Shown: positions 28,380-38,374 of the stretch, in pieces
Layout: each line of letters begins with the position of its first letter
Position numbering within the stretch: the stretch's first letter is position 1
Source of the DNA: Pseudomonadota bacterium
GTDB taxonomy: Bacteria > Pseudomonadota > Alphaproteobacteria > Sphingomonadales > SMXR01
Length of the DNA: 61,764 nt
Assembly: GCA_022566215.1 (NCBI GenBank)
Contig: JADFJJ010000005.1
Location: 1-61,764 of the forward strand
Direction: 5' to 3'
Position numbers and translations under genes: made by a program
The notes under the pieces: model-generated
What the model was told of the DNA's origin: nothing
The model's input: only the letters and a program-made list of their open reading frames with translations
The model's database searches: none

Positions 28380-28785
28380 GATCCTGTCTCCTGCATCCTT
28401 GAAAATTTTTCAAGCGCCCATTTCCCGGCGTGGGTTTCCCTTAAAAAAAATCAAAAGAGTATAACAGCCCGCCGGTGAAGGTTACACCCTATAAAACGAA
28501 AAGTGATTTTGTGGCCCCAGGGCATGTCCTTAGGTAGGTCTAAGTTTGCTGTGTTTCAAGATAAATACAAACCCGGCGCCAAAATTTTAAAGGCCGCCGG
28601 GAACCGGTTTATTCAGTAAGTTAGCCGGGCTGCACCAGAAGTTAATCTGATGCTGTCTGAAGGGCGGATTTGGTGTAAGAGGAGAAAAGGAATCGGGTTT
28701 GGCGCGGGGCCAGCTTATTTTCGCCGCAATTGTTGGGACAATGAGGCAAAGCTTGACTATCACATGATTAAAAAGAGGTAGCTTT

Positions 28786-29487
28786 ATGAGTGTTACGATC
28801 GCCCTGGTGGATGACGACAGGAACATCCTGACTTCGGTTACGATTGCCCTCGAGGCGGAAGGCTTTCGGGTGCGCACCTACCTGGAGGGCGCCACCGCCC
28901 TGAAGGCACTTTCGGAAAAACCTGCTGACCTAGCCGTTCTCGATATCAAGATGCCGCGCATGGATGGCATGGAACTGTTGCGGCGGTTGCGCCAGACCAC
29001 CGACATGCCAGTGATTTTCCTGACCTCCAAGGATGAGGAAATCGATGAAATGCTGGGCCTCAAGATGGGGGCTGATGACTATATCGGCAAGCCCTTTTCC
29101 CAGCGCTTGCTGATCGAGCGCATCCGGGCGGTGCTGCGGCGCGTCGCGGCGGCCAAAACCGCCCCCAGTCCGAAAGATCAGGAACCGGTCCTGATCCGCG
29201 GCCGCCTGTCACTGGACCCGATGCGCCATATTGTCACCTGGGCCGGCGACAACGTCATTCTGACGGTAACCGAATTCCTTATCCTGCAGGCGCTGGCAAC
29301 CTACCCGGGTCATGTCAAAAGCCGGGACCAGCTGATGGATGCCGCCTATTCCGATGATATCTATGTCGATGACCGCACCATCGACAGTCACATCAAACGC
29401 CTGCGCAAGAAATTCCGCGCGGTTGACCCGGAGTTTTCAGCCATTGAGACGCTTTATGGGGTAGGGTACCGTTATAGCGAAACTTGA
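28786..29487 (+). CDS. chvI: OmpR-family response regulator ChvI
   Basis: 233 aa; receiver domain (DIKMPRMDG) plus winged-helix domain; divergent from pckA and followed by chvG. Confidence 0.9.
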   Translation: MSVTIALVDDDRNILTSVTIALEAEGFRVRTYLEGATALKALSEKPADLAVLDIKMPRMDGMELLRRLRQTTDMPVIFLTSKDEEIDEMLGLKMGADDYIGKPFSQRLLIERIRAVLRRVAAAKTAPSPKDQEPVLIRGRLSLDPMRHIVTWAGDNVILTVTEFLILQALATYPGHVKSRDQLMDAAYSDDIYVDDRTIDSHIKRLRKKFRAVDPEFSAIETLYGVGYRYSET

Positions 29488-31145
29488 TGAACAAACGACA
29501 TAAAATTCCAGCCCCGCCCAAACCCGAAAGAAAGCAGACCTGGGGGTTTTTCTCCCCTTTAATGCGGCGCATCATGGCGGTCAACGTGATTGCGCTCGGG
29601 ATTCTTGGCGGGGGAATTCTCTATCTTGACCAATTTCGCGAAAACCTGATCAACCGCCGCATCGAGGAACTGAGAAACGACGCCCAGATCATCGCCGGGG
29701 CATTGGGGGAATCACCGTCCCTGGGTCCGGCCAGCACGGAGATTGAATTCCTGCCCGCCCGGCGCATTATCGACCGGCTGGTGGGCCCAACCGAAATCCG
29801 CGCCCGGTTATTCGCAACCAACGGGGATTTGATTCTCGACACCCTTTACTTGGACCCGAACCGTTCTATCCTGATCCTGTCCCTGCCCGCCCCGGATGAG
29901 CAGCCGCCCTGGACCGAGGCAGTGCTGGGCTGGATCAACACCACCCTTGAGCAACTGGCCAGCAATCCCGACTGGCAGCCGTATATCGAACATCCCGGAC
30001 AATCGGCTGAGGATTACCAGGAAGTGGTCGCGGCCTTGCAGGGAGAAACAACGGCCCGGATCCGCACCCTGGAAGATGGCAATTTCATGATAACGGTCGC
30101 CACCCCGGTGCAGCGGTTCCGGCGGGTTTTGGGATCCCTGATGCTGTCCGCCGACACCAGCAATATCCGTGAGATTATTTTTGAGGAGCGTCTTACAATT
30201 TTGAAGATATTCGCCCTGTCCTTGGGGGTGACATTGCTGCTTTCGATTTTTTTGGCCAGCACTATCGCCCGGCCGATCCATCGCCTGGCGCGGGCCGCGG
30301 ATGCGGTTAGAAAAGGGGTAGGGCGCACCACCGCCTTGAAGAAATTTTCCAACCGGCGCGATGAAATTGGCGCCCTGTCGCGTTCCTTGAGCGATATGAC
30401 CGAGACGCTGCACAAACAAATCCACGCGGTCGAAAGTTTTGCCGCCGATGTGTCGCACGAGCTGAAAAACCCCTTGAGTTCACTCAGGAGCGCGGTAGAA
30501 ACCATGCAACGCACCGAAGATAAAACGGTGCGCAAAAAACTACTGGTCATAATCCAGGAGGACGTTCTCAGACTTGACCGCCTGATCAGCGATATTTCAG
30601 ATGCTTCGCGGCTGGACGCCGAATTGTCACGCAGCGAAATGGAACCGGTCGATTTCGGGATGCTGGTCCAGACCATTGTCGAGACTTACCTGGCCACCGG
30701 CAAAACCGATTCCCACAGGTTTGAATTCAAGACCCCGAAGGCCGGCACCTATACGGTCAACGGCATTGAAGGGCGGTTGGGTCAGGTGGCGTATAATCTT
30801 CTGGATAACGCCATTTCGTTCACGCCGAAAAAAGGGACAATTACCATCAAGCTTTCCAAAAAGAAGGGCATTATCGAGTTTAGCGTTGAAGATGAGGGGC
30901 CGGGACTGCCGCCCGAGGCAGAGGAAAAAATCTTCAGCCGCTTTTATTCGGAACGTCCCAGGAAAGAAGCCTTCGGCATCCATTCAGGGCTGGGCCTGAG
31001 TATTGCCCGCCAAATCGTCGAAGCACATTCCGGCACCGTACATGCCGAAAACATCTATGCCGAAGCCGTTAAAACGAAGGATAATGAAAAACCGAAGGAG
31101 CCAACTGTTACCGGCGCCCGGTTCGTTGTCCGCCTGCCGGAATAG
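29484..31145 (+). CDS. chvG: sensor histidine kinase ChvG/ExoS
   Basis: 553 aa; HAMP, H-box [11 protein letters not shown], HATPase; start TTG 29484 or ATG 29487 overlapping the chvI stop. Confidence 0.88.
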   Translation: MMNKRHKIPAPPKPERKQTWGFFSPLMRRIMAVNVIALGILGGGILYLDQFRENLINRRIEELRNDAQIIAGALGESPSLGPASTEIEFLPARRIIDRLVGPTEIRARLFATNGDLILDTLYLDPNRSILILSLPAPDEQPPWTEAVLGWINTTLEQLASNPDWQPYIEHPGQSAEDYQEVVAALQGETTARIRTLEDGNFMITVATPVQRFRRVLGSLMLSADTSNIREIIFEERLTILKIFALSLGVTLLLSIFLASTIARPIHRLARAADAVRKGVGRTTALKKFSNRRDEIGALSRSLSDMTETLHKQIHAVESFAADVSHELKNPLSSLRSAVETMQRTEDKTVRKKLLVIIQEDVLRLDRLISDISDASRLDAELSRSEMEPVDFGMLVQTIVETYLATGKTDSHRFEFKTPKAGTYTVNGIEGRLGQVAYNLLDNAISFTPKKGTITIKLSKKKGIIEFSVEDEGPGLPPEAEEKIFSRFYSERPRKEAFGIHSGLGLSIARQIVEAHSGTVHAENIYAEAVKTKDNEKPKEPTVTGARFVVRLPE

Positions 31146-31157
31146 GGAAAGTGAACC

Positions 31158-31577
31158 ATGACCCTGTATCACGCCACCTGCATAGAGATTGACAGCCGGG
31201 GCATATTGATTGAAGGGCCTTCGGGGTCTGGGAAATCGGACCTGGCGCTGCGCCTGATGAGCCGGGGAGCAAAGCTGGTTAGCGATGATTATGTCGAACT
31301 GGCATCCAAAGGCGGACATTTGACCGCCACCGCGCCGGAAAAAATTGCCGGCAAGATGGAAGTCCGCGGGGTCGGGCTGGTGGATGTGGATTATACCAAT
31401 GAGGTGAGAATCGCCCTGCTGATAGAACTTACCCCCCGGGATGAAATCCCCCGTCTGCCAGACCCCCGGCACAAGGAGTTGGGAGGTGTCCGGGTTCCTC
31501 ATTTCGCTTTGGAAGCTTTTGATTCTTCGGCTGTTGACAAAATTTTTGTTATTTTAAAGAGCATTTCCCAAGATTAA
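31158..31577 (+). CDS. hprK: truncated HPr kinase/phosphorylase (C-terminal domain only)
   Basis: 139 aa; P-loop GPSGSGKSDLALRL; alphaproteobacterial short form. Confidence 0.85.
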   Translation: MTLYHATCIEIDSRGILIEGPSGSGKSDLALRLMSRGAKLVSDDYVELASKGGHLTATAPEKIAGKMEVRGVGLVDVDYTNEVRIALLIELTPRDEIPRLPDPRHKELGGVRVPHFALEAFDSSAVDKIFVILKSISQD

Positions 31578-31662
31578 AATTTTCCAATTTCTCCCTTTTT
31601 TTCTTCTCAATGGGTGAGGAGTACCTTACCCTGACCATCCACTGTTCCAGACAACAGAAGGA

Positions 31663-32067
31663 TTGTGCATGATTGGACTCGTTCTGGTAACCCATGGCCG
31701 CCTGGCGGAAGAATTTATCGCCGCCACCGAGCATGTGGTCGGCCCCCAGGAGGATTTGCGGGCGGTTTGCATTGGCCCGGACGATGACATGGACCTGCGC
31801 AAAACAGAAATCCAGGAGGCCGTCCAGGAGGTCAACCAGGGCGACGGGGTGATTATCCTGACTGATATGTTCGGCGGAACGCCTTCCAACCTGGCGCTGG
31901 CCCTGATGGAAAAGGGCAAGGTGGAGGTTCTGGCCGGGATCAACCTGCCGATGCTTATCAAAATCGCCAGCCTGAGAAAAGACACCCCCCTGGAACAGGC
32001 GGTCTCGGAAGCCGCTGAATCCGGCCGCAAATACATCAACGTCGCCTCCAAGGTTTTACAAACCTGA
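31663..32067 (+). CDS. PTS EIIA component, mannose family
   Basis: 134 aa; IGLVLVTHG N-terminus typical of EIIA(Man). Confidence 0.85.
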   Translation: MCMIGLVLVTHGRLAEEFIAATEHVVGPQEDLRAVCIGPDDDMDLRKTEIQEAVQEVNQGDGVIILTDMFGGTPSNLALALMEKGKVEVLAGINLPMLIKIASLRKDTPLEQAVSEAAESGRKYINVASKVLQT

Positions 32068-32357
32068 TGGTCCTGGAAATGCCCGCAAGCGCCGAAAAGG
32101 ACGTGATAATTAGTAACAATCGCGGTCTGCATGCCCGCGCCGCCGCCCGGTTTGTTGAAAAAGCACGCCAGTTTTCTTCCAGAATTTCTGTCTCCAAAGA
32201 CGATTTGCGGGTTTCCGGACGCTCCATCATGGGTCTCCTTCTGCTGGCCGCGGCCAAAGGCGAAACCATCAGGATTAGCGCCAAAGGCAACGATTGCGAG
32301 GCCGCTTTGCAGGCCCTGGAAACCCTGGTTGGCAACCGTTTCCGGGAAAAAGACTAG
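32067..32357 (+). CDS. ptsH: HPr-family phosphocarrier protein
   Basis: 96 aa; NNRGLHARAAARFV (phospho-His region). Confidence 0.85.
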   Translation: MVLEMPASAEKDVIISNNRGLHARAAARFVEKARQFSSRISVSKDDLRVSGRSIMGLLLLAAAKGETIRISAKGNDCEAALQALETLVGNRFREKD

Positions 32358-32487
32358 GGTCTGGATACTAAATATAAAGAATAGCTTATATAAAGACTTC
32401 TTTATGCTTGCCCCGTCCGCCAGTGACTGATATAAGCCGGACGAAACTGATTCGGCGGCTCTTCTGGCGCTGGATCGGACCAGATAA

Positions 32488-33807
<1,320 letters not shown>

Positions 33808-33973
33808 GCCAGCGTCTTTCCTGTTTATGAGACTGCGGTCTGTTTTAAAAAAACAAAAAGCTTGGCTTCCCCGCCCGCGGTAAATTGTGCTACTTTTTCC
33901 GCACCGGGGAGAGCCGGCCTGAAACATGCGCCGGATTCCCCGTCCTAAGCCACAGGGACCGGATACTTAGCAC

Positions 33974-36133
33974 ATGTTGAAGAAAGCTTTATTTTCCATA
34001 ATATATCTGACATTCGCTATCGCGCCGGGTAATGCCGCGGCTCAGGAATGGCAGCGGATTTTCGATAAACCGCAACTGACGGCATTCGTATTTCTGGCCG
34101 GCCTATTTATTTCCATCAGCATCTGGGCGCTCCTTGAGCGCCAAACCATCGCCCGGCGTTTCCGGAAAATCCTTCAAGCCAAGGCGATCGAGGATGAACT
34201 TCTTGATTTCGCCCCGGCCGGCTACCTGATCTTGCGCCAGGGAGGGTTTTGTTATGTTTCCGACCGCCTGCGCGAATGGCTGGGGCTCACCACACCGGTC
34301 AGTCACATTGAGGAGCTCAGGGGCAGTGAGGACAGTCCCGGTTTTGATGAGGAAAGTTTCAAAAAACTGAAAAATTACATTGTCCAGATCGCGCGCCGGC
34401 GCATCCCGCTTCCCTTGAGGCTGACCCACACCCAGCAGGAAGAGGACCTTTACGTTTTCGGCAAACCGATGCGCGGGGCGGATGCCAAGGATTCGTGTAT
34501 TCTGATCTGGGTTACGCTCGGCGATGGCGCTTCGCTCAAGGCCCGCGGCCCGGCCGCCACCGGCAAGGGAGGGGAGTTGTTCCAGACCCCGGAAAGTTTC
34601 GACATTTATCTTGAGGTGCAGTCCGAAACCCTGAATGGCCTTTCCACCTCGGTTGCCATTTTCGGACCGGACCAGACCTTGCGCTTTTGCAACCAAGCAT
34701 TCCGGAGTTTGTGGTCATTGCCGGAAAACTGGGCTGAGATTATCCCTAACCACAGCGAGTTTCTCGATAAAATGAGGGAGGAACGCCGGCTCCCGGAACA
34801 AGCCGATTTTGCCTCATGGAAAAAGCATAACCTGGCCTATTATTCCGAGCTTAGCGACCCGGTCGAGGAAATGTGGCACCTTCCCGACGGTCGGACCTTA
34901 AGGGTGATTACCCAGCCCTACCTGCTCGGCGGCCTGATTGTGTTTTTCGAAGACGTGACCGACAAACTGGATCTGGAGCGCTCCTACAACACCCTGATTG
35001 CGGTGCAAAGGGAGACCCTTGACCACCTGAACGAGGGGGTCAGCGTGATCGGAAGCGATGGGCGAATCCGCCTGTACAACCCGAGCTTCGTCAAAATCTG
35101 GAACCTGAGGGATGAAGCGCTCAGGACCCAGCCGCATATCAGTAATTTTCTCGATTTTTGCAAAGTATTGCTGTGCCTGGACGAGAAAAAATGGAATGAG
35201 CAGAAAAACCAGATTCTGGGGTATATTATCAACCGTGATCAGCGCACCGGGCGCTGGACCCTGACCACTGGCACGGTCCTGCAGTACAACATTGTTCCCC
35301 TGCCTGACGGCGCCAGTCTTTTAACCGTTTCAGATGTCTCCGATACGTTGCAGATTGAAAAGGCGCTGCAGGATAAAAACCGTGCGCTTGAGACCGCTGA
35401 CAAACTGAAAGCGGAATTTGTCACCAGTATCTCGGACGATCTCAGGACGCCGCTTAATTCGATCATCAGTTTCACCGAAATCCTCGACAAGGAGTACTTT
35501 GGCCCCCTCAACGACAAGCAAAAAAACTATCTGTCGTGGATTCTTAAATCCTCCCAGCAGGTCAAGAATTTTATCGACGACGTTATGGACCTTGCCGTCA
35601 TGGAAGCTGGCCAGGTTACCTTGCACACCAAGGAGTTTGACGTCGCAAAGAACCTTCGGGCGGTGATTGAGGAGGTGCGCAAGGACCAGCATGGCAAACA
35701 TTTCAAGATCAACCTGAAGACCGCCGCGACCACCGGGAAGGTGACCGGGGATGAGCAGCGGCTGCAGCACGCGCTCCTGAATATTCTGGAGGATGCCATC
35801 GAACGCATCCCGGCCGGCGCGGCCATCGACATATCCGCACGCGGTACCAAGAACCTGGTGCACATCAGTTTTGTCTTTAAAAATGTCGAAGTTCCGTTGT
35901 TTTTACGTGAACAGCTGCCCGGGGACAAAAAACTGGGGAAAAAACCAAAATCGGAAAAAACTAAAATCGGGCTCAGGCTCTCACTGGCGCGCAGCATTTT
36001 AAAACTTCACGGCGGCGAGGTGGATTACGACCTCATACCCGACCAGGACAGCACCGTTAAATGTACCATTTCCCGGACTTTCTCCAAAAAAGCAACTGAG
36101 GCGAAAACCGGGGAAACCCCGGCAACCAGATAA
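33974..36133 (+). CDS. PAS-domain sensor histidine kinase
   Basis: 719 aa; N-terminal TM segments, PAS regions, a degenerate H-box region (VTSISDDLRTPLNSI), HATPase. Confidence 0.85.
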   Translation: MLKKALFSIIYLTFAIAPGNAAAQEWQRIFDKPQLTAFVFLAGLFISISIWALLERQTIARRFRKILQAKAIEDELLDFAPAGYLILRQGGFCYVSDRLREWLGLTTPVSHIEELRGSEDSPGFDEESFKKLKNYIVQIARRRIPLPLRLTHTQQEEDLYVFGKPMRGADAKDSCILIWVTLGDGASLKARGPAATGKGGELFQTPESFDIYLEVQSETLNGLSTSVAIFGPDQTLRFCNQAFRSLWSLPENWAEIIPNHSEFLDKMREERRLPEQADFASWKKHNLAYYSELSDPVEEMWHLPDGRTLRVITQPYLLGGLIVFFEDVTDKLDLERSYNTLIAVQRETLDHLNEGVSVIGSDGRIRLYNPSFVKIWNLRDEALRTQPHISNFLDFCKVLLCLDEKKWNEQKNQILGYIINRDQRTGRWTLTTGTVLQYNIVPLPDGASLLTVSDVSDTLQIEKALQDKNRALETADKLKAEFVTSISDDLRTPLNSIISFTEILDKEYFGPLNDKQKNYLSWILKSSQQVKNFIDDVMDLAVMEAGQVTLHTKEFDVAKNLRAVIEEVRKDQHGKHFKINLKTAATTGKVTGDEQRLQHALLNILEDAIERIPAGAAIDISARGTKNLVHISFVFKNVEVPLFLREQLPGDKKLGKKPKSEKTKIGLRLSLARSILKLHGGEVDYDLIPDQDSTVKCTISRTFSKKATEAKTGETPATR

Positions 36134-36150
36134 TCCCCGGAAAGCAGGCT

Positions 36151-36645
36151 ATGGAGCAAATGCATTCCCGTATTTTTGAAAACGTCACCCGGGAAGAGCT
36201 GGAAAGGCTGGCTCACTTGCTGGCGCCGTTATCGACCAGGGGCGATTTTATTGCCCTGAAAGGGGAGCTGGGCTCCGGAAAAACCACTTTCGCCAGGGCT
36301 TACATCCGGACCGCGCTGGGAGAGGCAAACCTGGATGTCCCCAGCCCCACTTATACCCTGATCCAGAATTATCCCGGCAAGGGCGGTTACCCGGAGATCC
36401 TGCACGTCGACCTTTACCGCATCGAGCGGCCAGAGGAAATTCGCGAGCTGGGCCTTGAGGACGCAAGCGGCAGCATTGTTCTTTTGGAGTGGCCTGAGCG
36501 CCTGGGTAAGAACTTGCCGGAAGAGACCCTGCTGGTGTCGCTTGATTTCAGTTCTGGAGGCAAAACCAGAAACGCCACCCTGAACTTCGGGCCAGGATGG
36601 CAAAGGCGGCTGAAAAACCTGCACCTGATCAGAACCGGCGGATAA
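36151..36645 (+). CDS. tsaE: tRNA t6A biosynthesis ATPase TsaE
   Basis: 164 aa; GELGSGKTTFAR P-loop, SPTYTL motif. Confidence 0.9.
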   Translation: MEQMHSRIFENVTREELERLAHLLAPLSTRGDFIALKGELGSGKTTFARAYIRTALGEANLDVPSPTYTLIQNYPGKGGYPEILHVDLYRIERPEEIRELGLEDASGSIVLLEWPERLGKNLPEETLLVSLDFSSGGKTRNATLNFGPGWQRRLKNLHLIRTGG

Positions 36646-36647
36646 CC

Positions 36648-37664
36648 ATGCGCGAGCAAATCATAAAAGAATTCCTCAAAAAATCGGGGCTGAGCGGCGC
36701 CCGCAGCACCCCTCTTGCGGGGGACGCCTCGTTCCGCTCCTACCGGCGCTTGACGCACCACGGCGAAACCCTGGTGTTGATGGATGCCCCACCCGCCCTG
36801 GAGGATGTCCGCCCTTTTATGGCAATTGCCGGATACCTGAACGGTTTGGGATTAAATGCGCCGAAAATCCTGGCCCGGGACACCACCCGGGGTCTGCTGG
36901 TGCTGGAGGACTTCGGGGATGACAAGTTCAGCAACGTCCTGAACCGGGATCCGGGCATGACCCGGACCCTTTATCAGGCCGCCCTGGAGGTGCTGATACA
37001 CCTGCACCAGACCCGGCCCCCGGATGCGCTTCCGCTTGAAGGAGAAGCCGGCGTCCCGCTGCCGGAATATAATGAGGCGCTGTTGTTTGAAGAGCTGTTT
37101 TTATTCTGCGACTGGTATTTGCCGGCCCTCAAGGGCCGCCAGGAAGCCTCTTGGAGGAAAGACCTGGAAGGACTGTTTGCTCCCCTGTTCAAGCGCCTGA
37201 AGGGATCCCCCGAATGTCTGACCCTCAGGGACTATCACGCCGATAACCTGATGTGGCTGCCGGAGCGGGAAGGGGTCGAGAGGGTCGGCCTGCTGGATTT
37301 CCAGGATGCTGTCTGCGGCCATCCCGCCTATGACCTGGTCTCGCTTTTGCGGGATTGCCGCAGACCGTATGATGCCGCCCTCGAGAAGGACATGATCACC
37401 CGCTACCTGGAGAGATCGGCAAAAGCGGGGCGGCCCTGCGACCATGAGGCTTTCCTGGTCGCTTATGAAATCCTTGGTGCCCAGCGCAACATGAAAATCA
37501 TTGGAATTTTTACCCGGCTGTGGAAACGGGACGGCAAAGCCGCTTACCCGAAAATGATCCCCCGTGTCTGGTCTTTGCTGGACAAAAACCTGGACCATCC
37601 TTTGCTGGCCGGGGTCAGGGACTGGATCGGCCGGGTGGCCGCGAAAGACCGGCGGGGGTTATGA
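36648..37664 (+). CDS. amgK: aminoglycoside-phosphotransferase-fold kinase (AmgK-like MurNAc/GlcNAc kinase)
   Basis: Start at ATG 36648, 2 nt after the tsaE stop; DYHADNLMW catalytic motif; followed by a murU-like gene. Confidence 0.75.
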   Translation: MREQIIKEFLKKSGLSGARSTPLAGDASFRSYRRLTHHGETLVLMDAPPALEDVRPFMAIAGYLNGLGLNAPKILARDTTRGLLVLEDFGDDKFSNVLNRDPGMTRTLYQAALEVLIHLHQTRPPDALPLEGEAGVPLPEYNEALLFEELFLFCDWYLPALKGRQEASWRKDLEGLFAPLFKRLKGSPECLTLRDYHADNLMWLPEREGVERVGLLDFQDAVCGHPAYDLVSLLRDCRRPYDAALEKDMITRYLERSAKAGRPCDHEAFLVAYEILGAQRNMKIIGIFTRLWKRDGKAAYPKMIPRVWSLLDKNLDHPLLAGVRDWIGRVAAKDRRGL

Positions 37665-38374
37665 CCAGGCCGGGGACAGCAATGATCCTGGCGGCGGGCC
37701 TTGGCCTGCGTTCACGCCCGCTGACCAATGACCGGCCAAAAGCAATGATCACTGTCGCGGGCAAGCCGTTGATCGGTCATTTGCTGGACAGGCTGGCTGA
37801 CGCCGGGGTGGAAAAAATCGTCGTCAATCTCCATTACAAGCCGGAACCCCTGGTCAATTACCTGAAGGGCCACCGGCTGGCTGGAAAAATCATTTTTTCC
37901 GATGAGCGGGAGAAAATTCTGGAAACCGGCGGCGGGGTAAAAGCCGCGCTGGGCCATTTTTCAGACGAGCCGTTTTTTGTCGCCAATTGCGATGCTTTTT
38001 TCCCCGATCCCGATGAGAACCCTTTTTCAGCCCTGGCCAGGGTTTGGGATGAGGTCTCGATGGCCGCGCTGTTGCTGGTAAAAGAAACCGGCAAGGCGAT
38101 AGGTTGCGATGGACCGGGAGACTTTTTCCTTGAGGACGATAGCCGGCTGCGGCGGAGCGGCGGGGATAAAGATGCCCCTTACGTTTTCACCGGGGTTCAA
38201 ATTCTCACTCCCGTCCTGTTTGAGGACCTGGGCGATGCGGTTTTTTCCCTCAATAAAATCTACGACCGGGCACTGTCACAAGAGGCCCTGTTCGGGACGC
38301 CTTACGAAAGGGCCTGGCTGCATATGGGAACCCCGGAGATGGTGGAACAAGCGGAGGGTTTTCACCGCCAATGA
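37661..38374 (+). CDS. murU: nucleotidyltransferase (MurU-like MurNAc-1-P uridylyltransferase)
   Basis: Start at ATG 37661 (ATGA overlap with the amgK stop); ILAAGLGLRSRPLT sugar-nucleotidyltransferase motif. Confidence 0.75.
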   Translation: MTRPGTAMILAAGLGLRSRPLTNDRPKAMITVAGKPLIGHLLDRLADAGVEKIVVNLHYKPEPLVNYLKGHRLAGKIIFSDEREKILETGGGVKAALGHFSDEPFFVANCDAFFPDPDENPFSALARVWDEVSMAALLLVKETGKAIGCDGPGDFFLEDDSRLRRSGGDKDAPYVFTGVQILTPVLFEDLGDAVFSLNKIYDRALSQEALFGTPYERAWLHMGTPEMVEQAEGFHRQ

